From positions 930,001 to 994,000 of the forward strand of contig CATNEN010000008.1 of NCBI GenBank assembly GCA_950097015.1: 64,000 nt of DNA. Reading direction: 5' to 3'. Numbering within the stretch: the first letter of the stretch is position 1; every line of letters starts with the position of its first letter. The position numbers and the translations under genes are program-made. Of the stretch, positions 13,901 through 25,376 are shown piece after piece. The notes below the pieces were generated by a model, which saw only the letters and a list, made by a program, of their open reading frames with translations, was not told where the DNA came from and searched no databases. This DNA is from Macrostomum hystrix. Taxonomy: Eukaryota > Animalia > Platyhelminthes.

Positions 13901-16585
13901 ACGGGTTTTATCATTTTAACGAGTTGGAATCCTATTAGACCAGGTCAGATTTATATATCTATCGAAACACATAATTTGGTGACAGTAGACCCGCAGCCAG
14001 CACACACGCACAGAGGTGTACATCTGCCCTGACTTTCTCATAGCCAGGCAGTGTACACCTTCCTAGGGGTTGGCTCTCTAGGGCTTAAGTTAGACGACAA
14101 GTCCCAGGCCTTCTCTCCACAGCTGAGCCCAAAATGAATGTTGCTTCGAGATTCTAGCTCATACAGACGCGATAACCGCTCTGGCATTATAAAAAACTGC
14201 GATCAGCTGATTTTACCAACATCACTTACGTTACCTTACTATTGACGTAACAAAAATAATTGCGTTTTGCTTAAAGCCATTTCTGTAACATTTTGCAGGG
14301 TGGAGCTACTGATACGCCTGCTAGACAAGCGCAGCGTTACGGTGGCCGAATTTCGTGAGCTGCTCGGCTGGCGCGATAAGGCTGCCTCACCGCAGGGCGA
14401 CCCTGACCTGGCAGGACTGGACCCCGGACCCAGTGGCAGCGATGACGTTCCAGATGGTGACTTTTTTGAAGCTGAGCTTCGCGACCTGGAGGACTCGATT
14501 TCACAGCACAATGCACAACCAGACGTCAGCCGTGGGAGTCGCATTGGTGGCAGCGGCGGTGGTCCTGGGTCATACGTCACCACTGGATCATCAGACACGC
14601 GGAAGTATCGCAAAAAGCGGGAATCAAAAATTCAACCAGAGCCCCAGCAGCTGCATCAGCAGCAGCAGCCATTCCAACAGCAGCAACCACAGCAGCAGCC
14701 TGCAGTGCGCGAGTATCGCCCGCGGTCAAACCTTGGCGTTGACATTGATTACGATGTTCGCACCGGGCCGCAGGGCGTCGCTCTAGAGTCGCAGCCCAAA
14801 GCCGAGACGGTGTGGAAGTTCCTTGAAAATATGGCCAGTCCGCATTCCTCAGACTCTCTGCCTGCATCCTACAGGACTGACGAGCGAGATGACTCGCTAA
14901 ACCAGCCTGCTTCGTCGCTGGACTACCCATTCGGTAGTTACGGAGGGCAGCGAGCACGGGGAATACCAGCGACTGCCGCTTCAAATGGCGCGCCGCAATC
15001 GGCTTATTCTGCTCGGCCTATCGGCGGGGTAGAACCGCGAGCTGCAAGCACGGGCGGGCCAAGATCTACCCGAAGCTATGGAAGCGGCTCCCGCGGTGGT
15101 CGATCTCTATCGGATCTGGTAGGTGAGCTCAAGGAGCTTGGTGATGTCTTATTCAGCGGTGGGAAACAGAAGCAGCCACCAGTGTCACGGAAACAGCAGA
15201 AATTGTCAAAGCACCAGCCACAGTGGCTCCCAGGTGGTGACTATGGCAGATCGTTGCCGATGCGCGGGAGTCGCTCCGTGGAAAATCTTGTGTTCGTCAG
15301 CCCAGAAGGGGATCCAATGCGGCGGGTTACCACACCGCGTCAACTTGGCAACTCCAGCGGCCCAGGTGCCTCAGCAACACTACCTTCGCGCGCCGCCTCA
15401 GAGCGACTTTTGATTGACGCCGATGACGACGCAGAGGTCTGGGAGTCTCATCTGGAGCCGGAGGAATTTGCCCTGCTAGCGGTCGAACCACCGCTACAAA
15501 GTCAGAAAGCTGTGTCCACTTTAGTGCAGACAGGCGGCAAGAAGGCAAAGTCTGACAGTGGCTTGAGCGCTGTTTCAGCAGTTGACTCGGCGTTAAACAA
15601 CTTTCACAGAAGTCGGGAGGACCGGGAGCGCCGTGAGCGTGATCGCCGTCTGCAGCAGCTTCTACAAGAGGCTGACAGAAGTCTAGCTCAAGTGGAGGAC
15701 AATCAGTCCGACTCTGGACTAAGTGATCACACCATGCCACAATCTGTCATCGACTTTCGAAGTCGAGCCGCCTGGGGAAAGTCAAAGCCCGTGACACAGC
15801 AGCCACCACAGACCCGAGGATCCGCCATGGCTGCCACGGGCCCAGGAAATAATCACGACAGCGGCAGACCCAGCTCTGATACGGAGGACGTCGAGCAGAT
15901 TATCAGTGACATCCACGACATTGCCAACGGACGTTATCCACGGTTGCATAATCAGCAGCAAAGACAGCAACAACCGCACCAGCAGCTGCTGACGCCACCA
16001 AGACGGGGTCGGGCCTTCAGCGACTATGACTATGATGGTGAAGACACGCCCATTGAGCCGCACCTTCGTCTTGGACAGCGTCAAGAGCGGCCATTACATA
16101 AGGAATCGCCGCAGCGACCGCCGACGCAGCTGACCTCCGCGTCTCATCTTCAGCGTCCTGTACCGTCAATGACGCGCATGTCAGACACGGACCTGGCTGG
16201 AGGCGGTCTCGCTGGATCGCCTTCACCGTCTTCCTCTCTGCAACAGATGCGGCCGTCAAGGCACTCTGACAACTTCTTATTAAGTGGAGGGGCGGCTTCC
16301 ACTGCCAGGTCGCACAGCCCTCTGCTGGTATCGCCTCCGCCGTCAATACCAGAAGACGACTCGGACGATCTTTCTGGTGGTAGGGCGCGACCGGGGCAGT
16401 ATCATTCTCAGCAGCAGCCGAGGAACTATCTGAATGTGCGCCGGTATAACCGAGACACACCGGATGCGATAAATCCCCTAAGCGATGGTGAACTTCAGGA
16501 GCGATATCCTGCGAAAGTACCAAGCACACATCAGCAGCAGCAGCGGCAGCAGCAACAGCAGGCTGGTAGCAGTGTCTTCTATTAA
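10961..16585 (+). CDS. Sec14/CRAL-TRIO-like + spectrin-like repeat protein with long disordered Q/S/P-rich tail (SESTD1-like / Trio-Dbl N-terminal architecture, no DH-PH), about 1285 aa
   Basis: Exons 10961-11257, 11691-11843, 11952-12068, 12137-12904, 13644-13879, 14299-16585. All introns are GT-AG with compatible phases (0,0,0,0,2); total 3858 nt. An in-frame TGA at 10844 lies upstream of the ATG. Motifs LSGGVDFKG..VACFP, GLAFLADFR and QLMSDFGGTLNYDHQAWMKLR match the Sec14-like domain of the Trio/Kalirin/MCF2L/SESTD1 family; helical spectrin-like segments follow. Confidence 0.82.
11401..11636 (-). mobile_element. tRNA-derived SINE family A, 5'-truncated copy (intron 1 of the Sec14 gene)
   Basis: Shares body motifs GACCCGCAGCCAGCGAGGAGGCA, CACAGATACTGTAC, GTAAATTGC.CGACAAG and AATGTGGCCTCGCC.CGGAATCGA with the full copies at 32745 and 33521. 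Confidence 0.8.
13062..13306 (+). mobile_element. tRNA-derived SINE family A copy (intron 4 of the Sec14 gene)
   Basis: Head GGGGGTTCAGTGGCAGAGCGGTCTAACGCGTTTGCCTCTCGCACCAAGG, followed by a degenerate body (GCAATTTACGCC, GGGCAGAATTGCCTCC). Confidence 0.8.
13975..14154 (-). mobile_element. tRNA-derived SINE family A, degenerate copy (intron 5 of the Sec14 gene)
   Basis: TTTGGTGACAGTAGACCCGCAGCCAG, TGTACATCTGCCCTGACTTTCTCAT, CGACAAG and AAATGAATG match the other copies. Confidence 0.72.
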
Positions 16586-18969
16586 TGTTCTTCTTACCGC
16601 TCGCTTGGTTGTGTGTAAATTTAGTTAACAATTGAAAAGACAAAATCGAATTCGAATATGCAATAATTGAAAGCAGCAGCGAATTGAAATGGATGCATCA
16701 TTAGAGGTCAATGTTTTGGTGTTACTTTTCTCAGCTTTGGACTACGCCGTTAAACAGAGCTACAGAGCTGTAAATTGACTATATTGGATGTGCATCTTAT
16801 TTTAAGTTAACAATTTTGTCAATGCCTATACCCTAATACTCGTACTTGTCAGGCTTACGCGCCATTACGTTACCTGATGCTGATGTACTTATGCTACCTA
16901 CGCATATTCTCTTTTTCCTTAGCTTCCTTTTCTTTCCGAAAATGTTATCTATGGAACTTTATGTTAATTACGCGCCCATACTGACGATTTCACGTGAGTC
17001 TTACATCCCGCTATGAAGTGATTGTCGCTACAGCACTGTAAATTTTAAAACGCAATAATCTTCACCTGTTCAGTTTGCTCATTTAACACTCGTAGCTCAG
17101 AGGGCAGACTAATATCGATTTTTTTAGTTCGATATCAACCGATATTGAAAAATTCAAAAGAAGTTTTTTTGTTGAAACTTTAGTTGCTCGTCACGCTGAC
17201 TTCTAAATCATCTAAACGTACCCGTTAACATTCTGTACTTTAGCTATGAAAGCACGAAAACGAGGCCCTAGTGTTCTACTGTGCTTGTTTTTTGCATAGA
17301 TTTTGCCTCTGATGTAATTTAGCAATAGCCTTTAGTGTAGGCCGATCTATTTAAAAAAAGCTGATCAATTTGCATATGGAGTTCTGAACAATTTTCCGTC
17401 TTAACAATTGAATTGAATTAAATGAAAACCTACTTTACAATACTGCTGCATCTTGCACTGTAAATCCTAAACCTGTACTGGTACTCCCTGCACCAGTAGC
17501 ATTTCCAGCAAGCATACCTTATAAGCACTCACGTATGCACCCTCTGATCTCTCTCTCCCGATCAGCCTGGAAATGCAGAATTATTTTTTTAAATAAAATA
17601 ATAACTAAGTGTACTGTAATTTTAGTATGGCACTAAAATTACTAATTCTATAAACGTCTACGTATCCCTATATAATTAAGGATAATAAGCGATATGATTT
17701 TAAGTATACTGCAACTGAAAATACGAACCAAAACCGTGGCAATTTATTTGTCAATTTTCAGTCTATTCTCAATTATCAACTATTTCAGTAACGAGTAAAT
17801 AATAATTCAATAAACGAGTAAGAATTGAATAATTTATGAAAGCATGTTCTGCTTCTGCTGTATTGCCTTGAACGTGCTCAGCTAGCTGTTTTTTAATTTC
17901 AGCTGAAATAAAAATAATAAAACTGCTGGGCCGTCTGCTTTCGAAGGAGCTACATTAATGAGGGCTGGCTTGTTGACAGCAGCAGCTAAAGATGATACAT
18001 CGGCAGTGGGTAGTCATACTTATTGTTAAGCATATAGTTGATTCAGTGAATAGATTCTCAAAACTTGGACATTTTCTTGAAATCTAAATGTAAGCTCTTC
18101 GGTCGTTTCCTACACAGGCAACGCAATTGACAGTGTCATATGAGAGTTTCAGCTCCTCAAACATGTCGGGGTAGTTGATTGAACCTCAGCGGAGGTTGGA
18201 TAAATGTACTCTGAATGACAATATATGTTGGAATACAATGGTCTAAACTGCAAGTAGTTCAGTCACGAAAAATCCGGCGTTAAGATACTATAATGAAATC
18301 CGTTAGACAAGAGTTTCACACTTATTTTAAATAAAAAATAAGAAACAAATATAGAATTAATTTTACTTTTTTTAACTTGCCTAAGGTTTTGACAATCAAC
18401 TTGTTGGCCAAAAGTTTAACATTACATTGTCGTGGAGTTTTTTACTTTAATATTGCAGCTGGTACTATAATGTGTACTCAGAAGTGCATGCAGATTTGGT
18501 ATTTACTGAAAAAATGACCTGAAGTTCTATGTACTGACTGCTAAGTTACGTAGCCTAGTCTTGGCAATAACTATTTTTTATAATTTTTCCACTCAATTAC
18601 TATGCAATCAACTGTCCGACTGTACGTGACAATTTAAAAGTTTCTTTAAATTTTAACTACAATCGATAGCTAGTCGCTATAGTCGATCTGTTCAAAATAA
18701 AATAAAAAAACTGAGCGATCAAAATGAAGTGACTGACAGCTTAGGCTGTCCTTTTCTTAAATGTAGGCAGTAGAGCTTTTTGCCTGACTGAAGGCTTCTT
18801 GGGCTCACCCAGCAGCAGCCACTACATTTCCTTCTCTTCTCATCAGTTGTGGACCGCCTGACCTTGTCAGGTGTATAAAATAGTTGGTATGAGTTTCTGG
18901 CCTTTCAACACCTTGCATGGCTATATTCGTGCGCAAGCAGTTTCAAGCGACAAATCAGAAAATTCGACC

Positions 18970-21900
18970 ATGTTTTACTTTGGAGCAAAGAATCCTAATA
19001 AAAAGAAAAAGAAAAAATCGAAGCATTCCCCGGCACATATTAGTACATTTCCTGACAATAATAATCAGGAAAGTACACGAACTGCTAGGAATGAGCATGG
19101 ATTGCTAGTTGTTAAGAGACAAGATAGATTTGAATATTATCGTGTGCCTTTGTCAAAGAATGAAAGTCTTCATACCATTGCAATGAAGTTTGGATGTTCA
19201 GTAAGTCTTAATAGCCTTGGCTTTATAATTCATATTTGTTAAGGACAAGAAAGATTTCTGTTAAAGCTAATTAAAATATGTATTTGTCACTTGACAATTT
19301 TTAGACCCAGTATTATTATTAGTGGATCAAGTTAGTTAATACCCATGCCCAGGTATATGGCCTATCTATCAATATCAGTCAGCAGTCAGTGAGTCAGCTC
19401 TGCCCCAAATTTGAAACTGCTAGTTGGAGCTTCAGAATATTAGCTGCTGTTCCATGAGTTGGCTATATTGGTCAATGAATAGTTGACTTAGTATCCATAA
19501 TCAATGACACTTTATTACAGTGATTGATCTTAAGGTCCTAGAGGTTGGCCAATGTCCCCAACTTGGTAGATTATAGTTTCAGGTGCTTTAGACATGATAT
19601 TAGACATATAGACATGATTTGCACTGAAAATGACTAAAACAGGTCAAAATAAATTTAACAAGGGAAACATGGATATTGAGACTAGAGTGTTGGATAGCTA
19701 GCTAGTCAATATATCTGACTTGTTTTTGTAGGCTAGTTGCCAAAACCAAAACCACAAACTCAAGTTTTTTGTTTAGCTTGAACTTATAGTAGCAAAGACC
19801 AGATTTGGCCCTGAACACCTTGTCTGAGGCATAACCATAAAGAGTAGGTATTTGCAATTATGTTTTTTCTATATAGGAATATGGACCAACTAAGTATTTT
19901 GCATGCACATTTGAGAGTCAAAGTATACATACACTGGTTCATAATATTGTTATAGGCCCCTAGCCTATAGGGTCCCAGGTCATTTCGGTGACAAGACATT
20001 TCGGTGACACAATTGGTCAGATTGGTGACAACTATTTTTGCACCTAAATATGCTAAAAAACAGCCTTCCATTTTAACTATGCACACATATAAAATATTAA
20101 TTAAATAATGCTAAAAGTATTAATAAGAAGCTGCATCACTATGTTAAAGTCTGTGTTTTACTTTAAATGAGTTAAATTATTAAATTATTTAATGAGTAGT
20201 CAATAGTTTCAATAGTTATTCATTCCTAATTAAATGTGTATAATAATCCTTTTTCAAGTTTTGGATTGACAAGGCAAGTGCAGGCTTTAAGCAGCTGCTG
20301 GATTGTGGAAGGCTGTTTTCTTAGCATATTTAGGTGCAAAAATAGTTGTCACCGAACTGACCAATTCTGTCACCGAAATGACTGTCACCGAAATGTCTTG
20401 TCACCGAAATGACTTGGGACCGCCTATAGCTATCTCTCTATAGCTATAGGCTATAGAGCTATAGCTAATATAAAAACTAAGAATATACAATAAAAATTAA
20501 AGGCATGCCTTTGTGCAAATGTGACTTTACCTTGCTAGGCCTAGCTATGTATCATGTCTATATACATATATATATTGGCTCAGAGGTAGATAAAATTCTT
20601 TTTTTGCTTGCTGCAAGTCAAAAAATATGTCAGTGTCTATAGTCATTCTCCTAAATAATTGTATTGTAACATATTGTAAAGGTTTTAATTTATTTGTGTT
20701 CTTTATTTTTTGTTAGTATTAAGTGCTAGCTAGCTTACTTATAATGGTCCCAGGTCATTTCGGTGACAGAATTGGTCAATTTGGTGACAACTATTTTTGC
20801 ACCTAAATATGCTGAGAAAACAGCCTTCCATGTGAACTATGCATACCATTTAACCCATTTAACTCATTTAAAGTAAAACCCAGACTTAAGCAGAGCAATG
20901 CAGCTTCTTATTAATAGTTATATCATTATTTAATAATAGTTTATAAGTGTGCATAGTTCAAATGGAAGGCAGTTTTTTACATATTTAGGTGCAAAAATTG
21001 TTGTCACCAATCTGACCAATTGTGTCACCGAAATGACCTGGGACCCTTATAATATAACTAGCTGTAGCTTCCTAGCCCAACTTCTTTGTGAAATTTAGCA
21101 AACATATTTTAATTACAGAGTCCTGTTATAATTAAAAACATGTACATTACCATGTGACTCACAACCCTAAAGTAACTATGCCTTGTCACAATTGTAGGCA
21201 TGCTATATACCTATTATGCATGATAGTCTGCTCTTGCTTTTGCTTATAACTAAATACTTTGTCTCGGTAACATAAACTTGTTAAATCTTTTTAAGTCTAA
21301 AACACAGGACCTGAAAATATTTTATATATGCTAGTTATTTATTCGATGGCTACAATATTTTACATATTTAATATTTAAGTCTATTATTACTATTAATTAT
21401 CTAATAAAACTGTCTGCTTTAACTAAGCAAAATATAGCTCAATGCAAAGTTGCAAGAATAAATATTTCGCTTAAGATTTAGCTTTTGCTTAAGATAGTGC
21501 GTTTTTGCCTTCACAACCAATCAAGGTGTGGGAGCTAAAACGCGCCAACCGTTTATGGGGCCTGCAAGATGTTCACGCCTTGTCCAGCTTGGTGGTGCCA
21601 GCACCGCGCGACAGTTTCCGAGCCGAACTCCTGGCTAAGTCCGGCGGCCGCCTAGTTGGTCGGCATCGGTACGATGATAGCACAAACGACGACCAAGCTG
21701 ACGGAGCTTCGGCTGCCACTGTTGTCGATCTGTACGATGTCGACGAGGATCTTCATGATGCGGCTGGCGACCTAGCCGCTGGAACCATGTCGGTTGGCAG
21801 TAAGACGGCGACTTCTGCTACCGCCGGCGACGATCAGCGTCGGCCAGTAAGTTGCAGGGCTGTCATCATCATCGGCGATGAGCTCATTTCATCAACTATG

Positions 21901-22751
21901 ACCCTTCCCTGGTCAATTGACAATCTATGACCTTTCCCTGGTCACTTGAAAATCTATAACCCTTTCCTGGTCACTTGACAATCTATGACCTTTCCCTGGT
22001 CACTTCAAAATCTATGACTCTTCCCTGGTCACTTTAAAATCTTCGAGTATGACGTTTCCCTGGTCACTCGACAATCTATGACCTTTCCCTGGTCACTCGA
22101 CAATCTATGACCTCTCTCTGGTCACTTGTCAATCTATGACCTCTCCCTGGTCACTTGAAAATCTATGACTTTTCCCTGGTCATTTGACAATCTATGACCC
22201 TTCGCTGGTCATTTGACAATCTATATCTATTGCCTTTCTCTGTTTTTTTAAATAGGATCCTTGTTTAAGTCACGTCATGTGGTCAGAAAATTTGCCTGTT
22301 GATTTCTCTAGCCCTTGCTATTGGATGAGCCAAGTCACTTACAGCCTGGGTATTGTGCAGGCTTCAAGCCTACTGCAAGTAGTGCAGTTAGAACACACTG
22401 TCTCTCCCAAACTTCGCCCAGGTGAGCCTTCGGCAGGCCATGTCATCCAGCGACTCGCTGACGGCCACAGACTGCGATAGATTCCTTCGTACGCTTGATG
22501 CCGACCTCGAGCAGATCAAACAGTCCACCTGCTTCCTGAAGGACTCATTGACTGAAGCTGCCGACTATCTGAACACCCCCTCCGTGCTGCCACCGGCGCC
22601 ATATTCAGCGTCGCCCAGCTGGCTTCGCCGATTGAAGGGCAGCGGCGCTGACGGCGGCCTGTCCTGGCGCGGTGCCGTCTGCCTGATGTGTGTCCTCTGC
22701 CTGCTGGTGCCAGCCCTGATCTACTTTGTCATTGTGCATCGTCAGCATTAG
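18970..22751 (+). CDS. LYSMD3: LysM and putative peptidoglycan-binding domain protein with C-terminal TM (LYSMD3/4-like), 293 aa
   Basis: Exons 18970-19200, 21526-21846, 22422-22751, all phase 0. The LysM motif ESLHTIAMKFGCS|VWELKRANRLWGLQDVHALSSLVVP is split by intron 1. C-terminal GADGGLSWRGAVCLMCVLCLLVPALIYFV matches the GAD-G--W + TM signature of LYSMD3/4. Candidate AATAAA near 23468. Confidence 0.88.
19971..20421. mobile_element. MITE, 451 bp, about 100-115 bp TIRs starting GGTCCCA(G/A)GTCATTTCGGTGACA, 8-bp TSD GCCTATAG
   Basis: TSD at 19963-19970 and 20422-20429. TIRs contain internal direct repeats CATTTCGGTGACA. No ORF. Confidence 0.92.
20746..21045. mobile_element. MITE of the same family, 300 bp, opposite orientation, 8-bp TSD CTTATAAT
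   Basis: TSD at 20738-20745 and 21046-21053. TIR GGTCCCAGGTCATTTCGGTGACA...TGTCACCGAAATGACCTGGGACC. The internal segment is the reverse complement of that in the first copy. Confidence 0.92.
21893..22224. repeat. 29-bp minisatellite (CTATGACCTTTCCCTGGTCACTTGACAAT), about 11 units, in LysM intron 2
   Basis: Direct reading of the tandem units. Confidence 0.92.
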
Positions 22752-23644
22752 TGTGCAGTAGAGTCTGCTGCTGCTGCTGCTGCTGCTAGTCCGGACTCTA
22801 ACACAGTTTATTTCCTTATCTGTTATTCATGTCTTTGCACGGGAAATTGAAAGCGTTATTTTATTTATTTAAAACTATACTTTAATATGGATATTTTTGC
22901 TCACCCAAGCTTATTCATTGTCGTTCATGTCTTGTTCAATTGTGCATCAAAATTAGCATATTTTTTCAAGGTTTAAAATATTCCTTTGAATTGGGATTTT
23001 AATGTCACGAGTAAATTATCACCCTGTAGAATTTAAAAGTGCTTGTTGATCGTATTTTGTTTAAATGTGTTCTCTGTTCTCATGTGATTGGTTGATCTGC
23101 TTTGTAGTAATTGTGCCGTATTGTGACAGACTATTAAAAAGACCAATTTAAACTGAGAGATTCAGTACAGCTTGACGAGTGCCTGCGCCATACACACAGG
23201 TAAATGTGTTTATTATGCATTCCTTTCTGTGTCTTAAAAATAACAAGCTTTCTCAGTCTACTGGTTGTTTGTTTTATCTATTGCTTCATTTGTTCTCCAT
23301 TGTTTTTCTTGGCTGCTCAACATTTCTGCAAAGTTGCTTCGATGCTTCCGTTAAATTTAATCTTTGATCTAGAAATGATTTAGCAAATGTATGTATAAAT
23401 ATATATGCGCTGGTTTGCACAACTGATTAATTAATCATTATCTGTTGCTTTGGCGGTGGAGTTTAAAAATAAATTGACTTGATTCATTACTTACTTTGTG
23501 TACACATTGCTGCGTCATTTATCGTTATTCTCATTGTAATGCATATGATTGTTGCTAGCATGACTTTCTAAATTATTTTTGTCATGTTACTACCACTGTT
23601 TTTATGCAAGCATAATGACTTTGCCACTTGATCTTTCTGGGACA

Positions 23645-24256
23645 TTTGTCACGTGATCAGTCTAGTATCATTTGTCACGTGATCAGTCTAGTATCATTTA
23701 TCACGTGATCATTCTAGATCATTTGTCACGTGATCAGTCTAGTATCATTTGTCACGTGATCAGTCTAGATCATTTGTCACGTGATCAGTCTAGTATCATT
23801 TGTCACGTGATCAGTCTAGATCATTTGTCACGTGATCAGTCTAGTATCATTTGTCACGTGATCAGTCTAGATCATTTGTCACGTGATCATTCTAGTGTCA
23901 ATTTTCTCTTGGTCAGTCTAGTATCATTTGTCACGTGATCAGTCTAGATCATTTGTCACGTGATCAGTCTAGTATCATTTGTCACGTGATCAGTCTAGAT
24001 CATTTGTCACGTGATCAGTCTAGTATCATTTGTCACGTGATCGTTCTAGTATCATTTGTCACGTGATCAGTCTAGTATCATTTGTCACGTGATCAGTCTA
24101 GATCATTTGTCACGTGATCAGTCTAGTATCATTTGTCACGTGATCAGTCTAGTATCATTTGTCACGTGATCAGTCTAGTATCATTTGTCACGTGATCATT
24201 CTAGTAACATTTGTCACGTGATCATTCTTGTAACATTTGTCACGTGATCATTCTAC
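23645..24256. repeat. 25/26-bp minisatellite (GTCACGTGATCAGTCTAG[T]ATCATTT) carrying 23 TCACGTGA E-box palindromes
   Basis: Units often alternate 26 and 25 bp (51-bp dimer). I counted 23 CACGTG sites; there is one interruption near 23892-23915. Confidence 0.95.
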
Positions 24257-25376
24257 GTAGAAGCGTTCATTATTTAATCGCGAAAGAAACTAGAAAGTTT
24301 GGAGTCCCTTCTGTAGTTCGTCGTATTATTTTTTCTAATTTACCCGCTTACATTCGAGGACCACTAGTAGTAGACTACTCTACAACTGTCGTCACATGCC
24401 GAGTGCGTTTTGGCTCGAAAATACGTCTTACATCGTGCCAAAAAAGAATTAGTTTCAATTGTACGCCCCTGTTCACCAAATTCCCGATGACTCATTGCGT
24501 TCTAACTACTGCTACATGTGTACAGGTTTGCTTGGCACCAGCTGCGCAGCCTTCACGGCACTCACAGTGCCCGAATCTGAATTTGCCAGCCGCGCTATTG
24601 GCGAAAGGGCTTAGTAAACAATATATTTCGCATGCATGCATCTAGCTAATGCGATCGGTGCAGGCCTGCGTGCTTCAAACATTAAGGCTATAAACAGTCT
24701 GGCTTCGCTGTTGTACACTAGAAAAAGTTCTAATTAATTTTCACTCTTCAACAATTTTGTCATGTTGTTATCCGTCTAATACCCAGCCTATGAGGATAAC
24801 TTGCAATCCAGATAATGACATAATTGTTTTCGACTTATTATGACACTTGTATATGCAGTATACACTTCAGGTTTAGTCTCAATATGATGGATCCTCAGGC
24901 TTGGTCTCAATATGATGGATCCTCAGGTTTGGTCTCAATATGATGGATCCTCAGGCTTGGTCTCTATATGATGGATCCTCAGGTTTGGTCTCTCTATGAT
25001 GGATCCTCAGGCTTGGTCTCTATATGATGGATCCTCAAGCTTGGTCTCTATATGATGGATCCTCAGGCTTGGTCTCTATATGATGGATCCTCAGGTTTAG
25101 TCTCAATATGATGGATCCTCAGGTTTGGTCTCTATATGATGGATCCTCAGGTTTGGTTTCTATATGATGGATCCTCAGGTTTGGCCTCTATATGATGGAT
25201 CCTCAGGTTTGGTCTCTATATGATGGATCCTCAGGTTTGGTTTCTATATGATGGATCCTCCCTCCTTAGGTTTGGTCTCTATATGATGGATCCTCAGGTT
25301 TGGTCTCTCTATGATGGATCCTCAGGCTTGGTCTCTATATGATGGATCCTCAGGTTTGGTCTCTATATGATGGATC

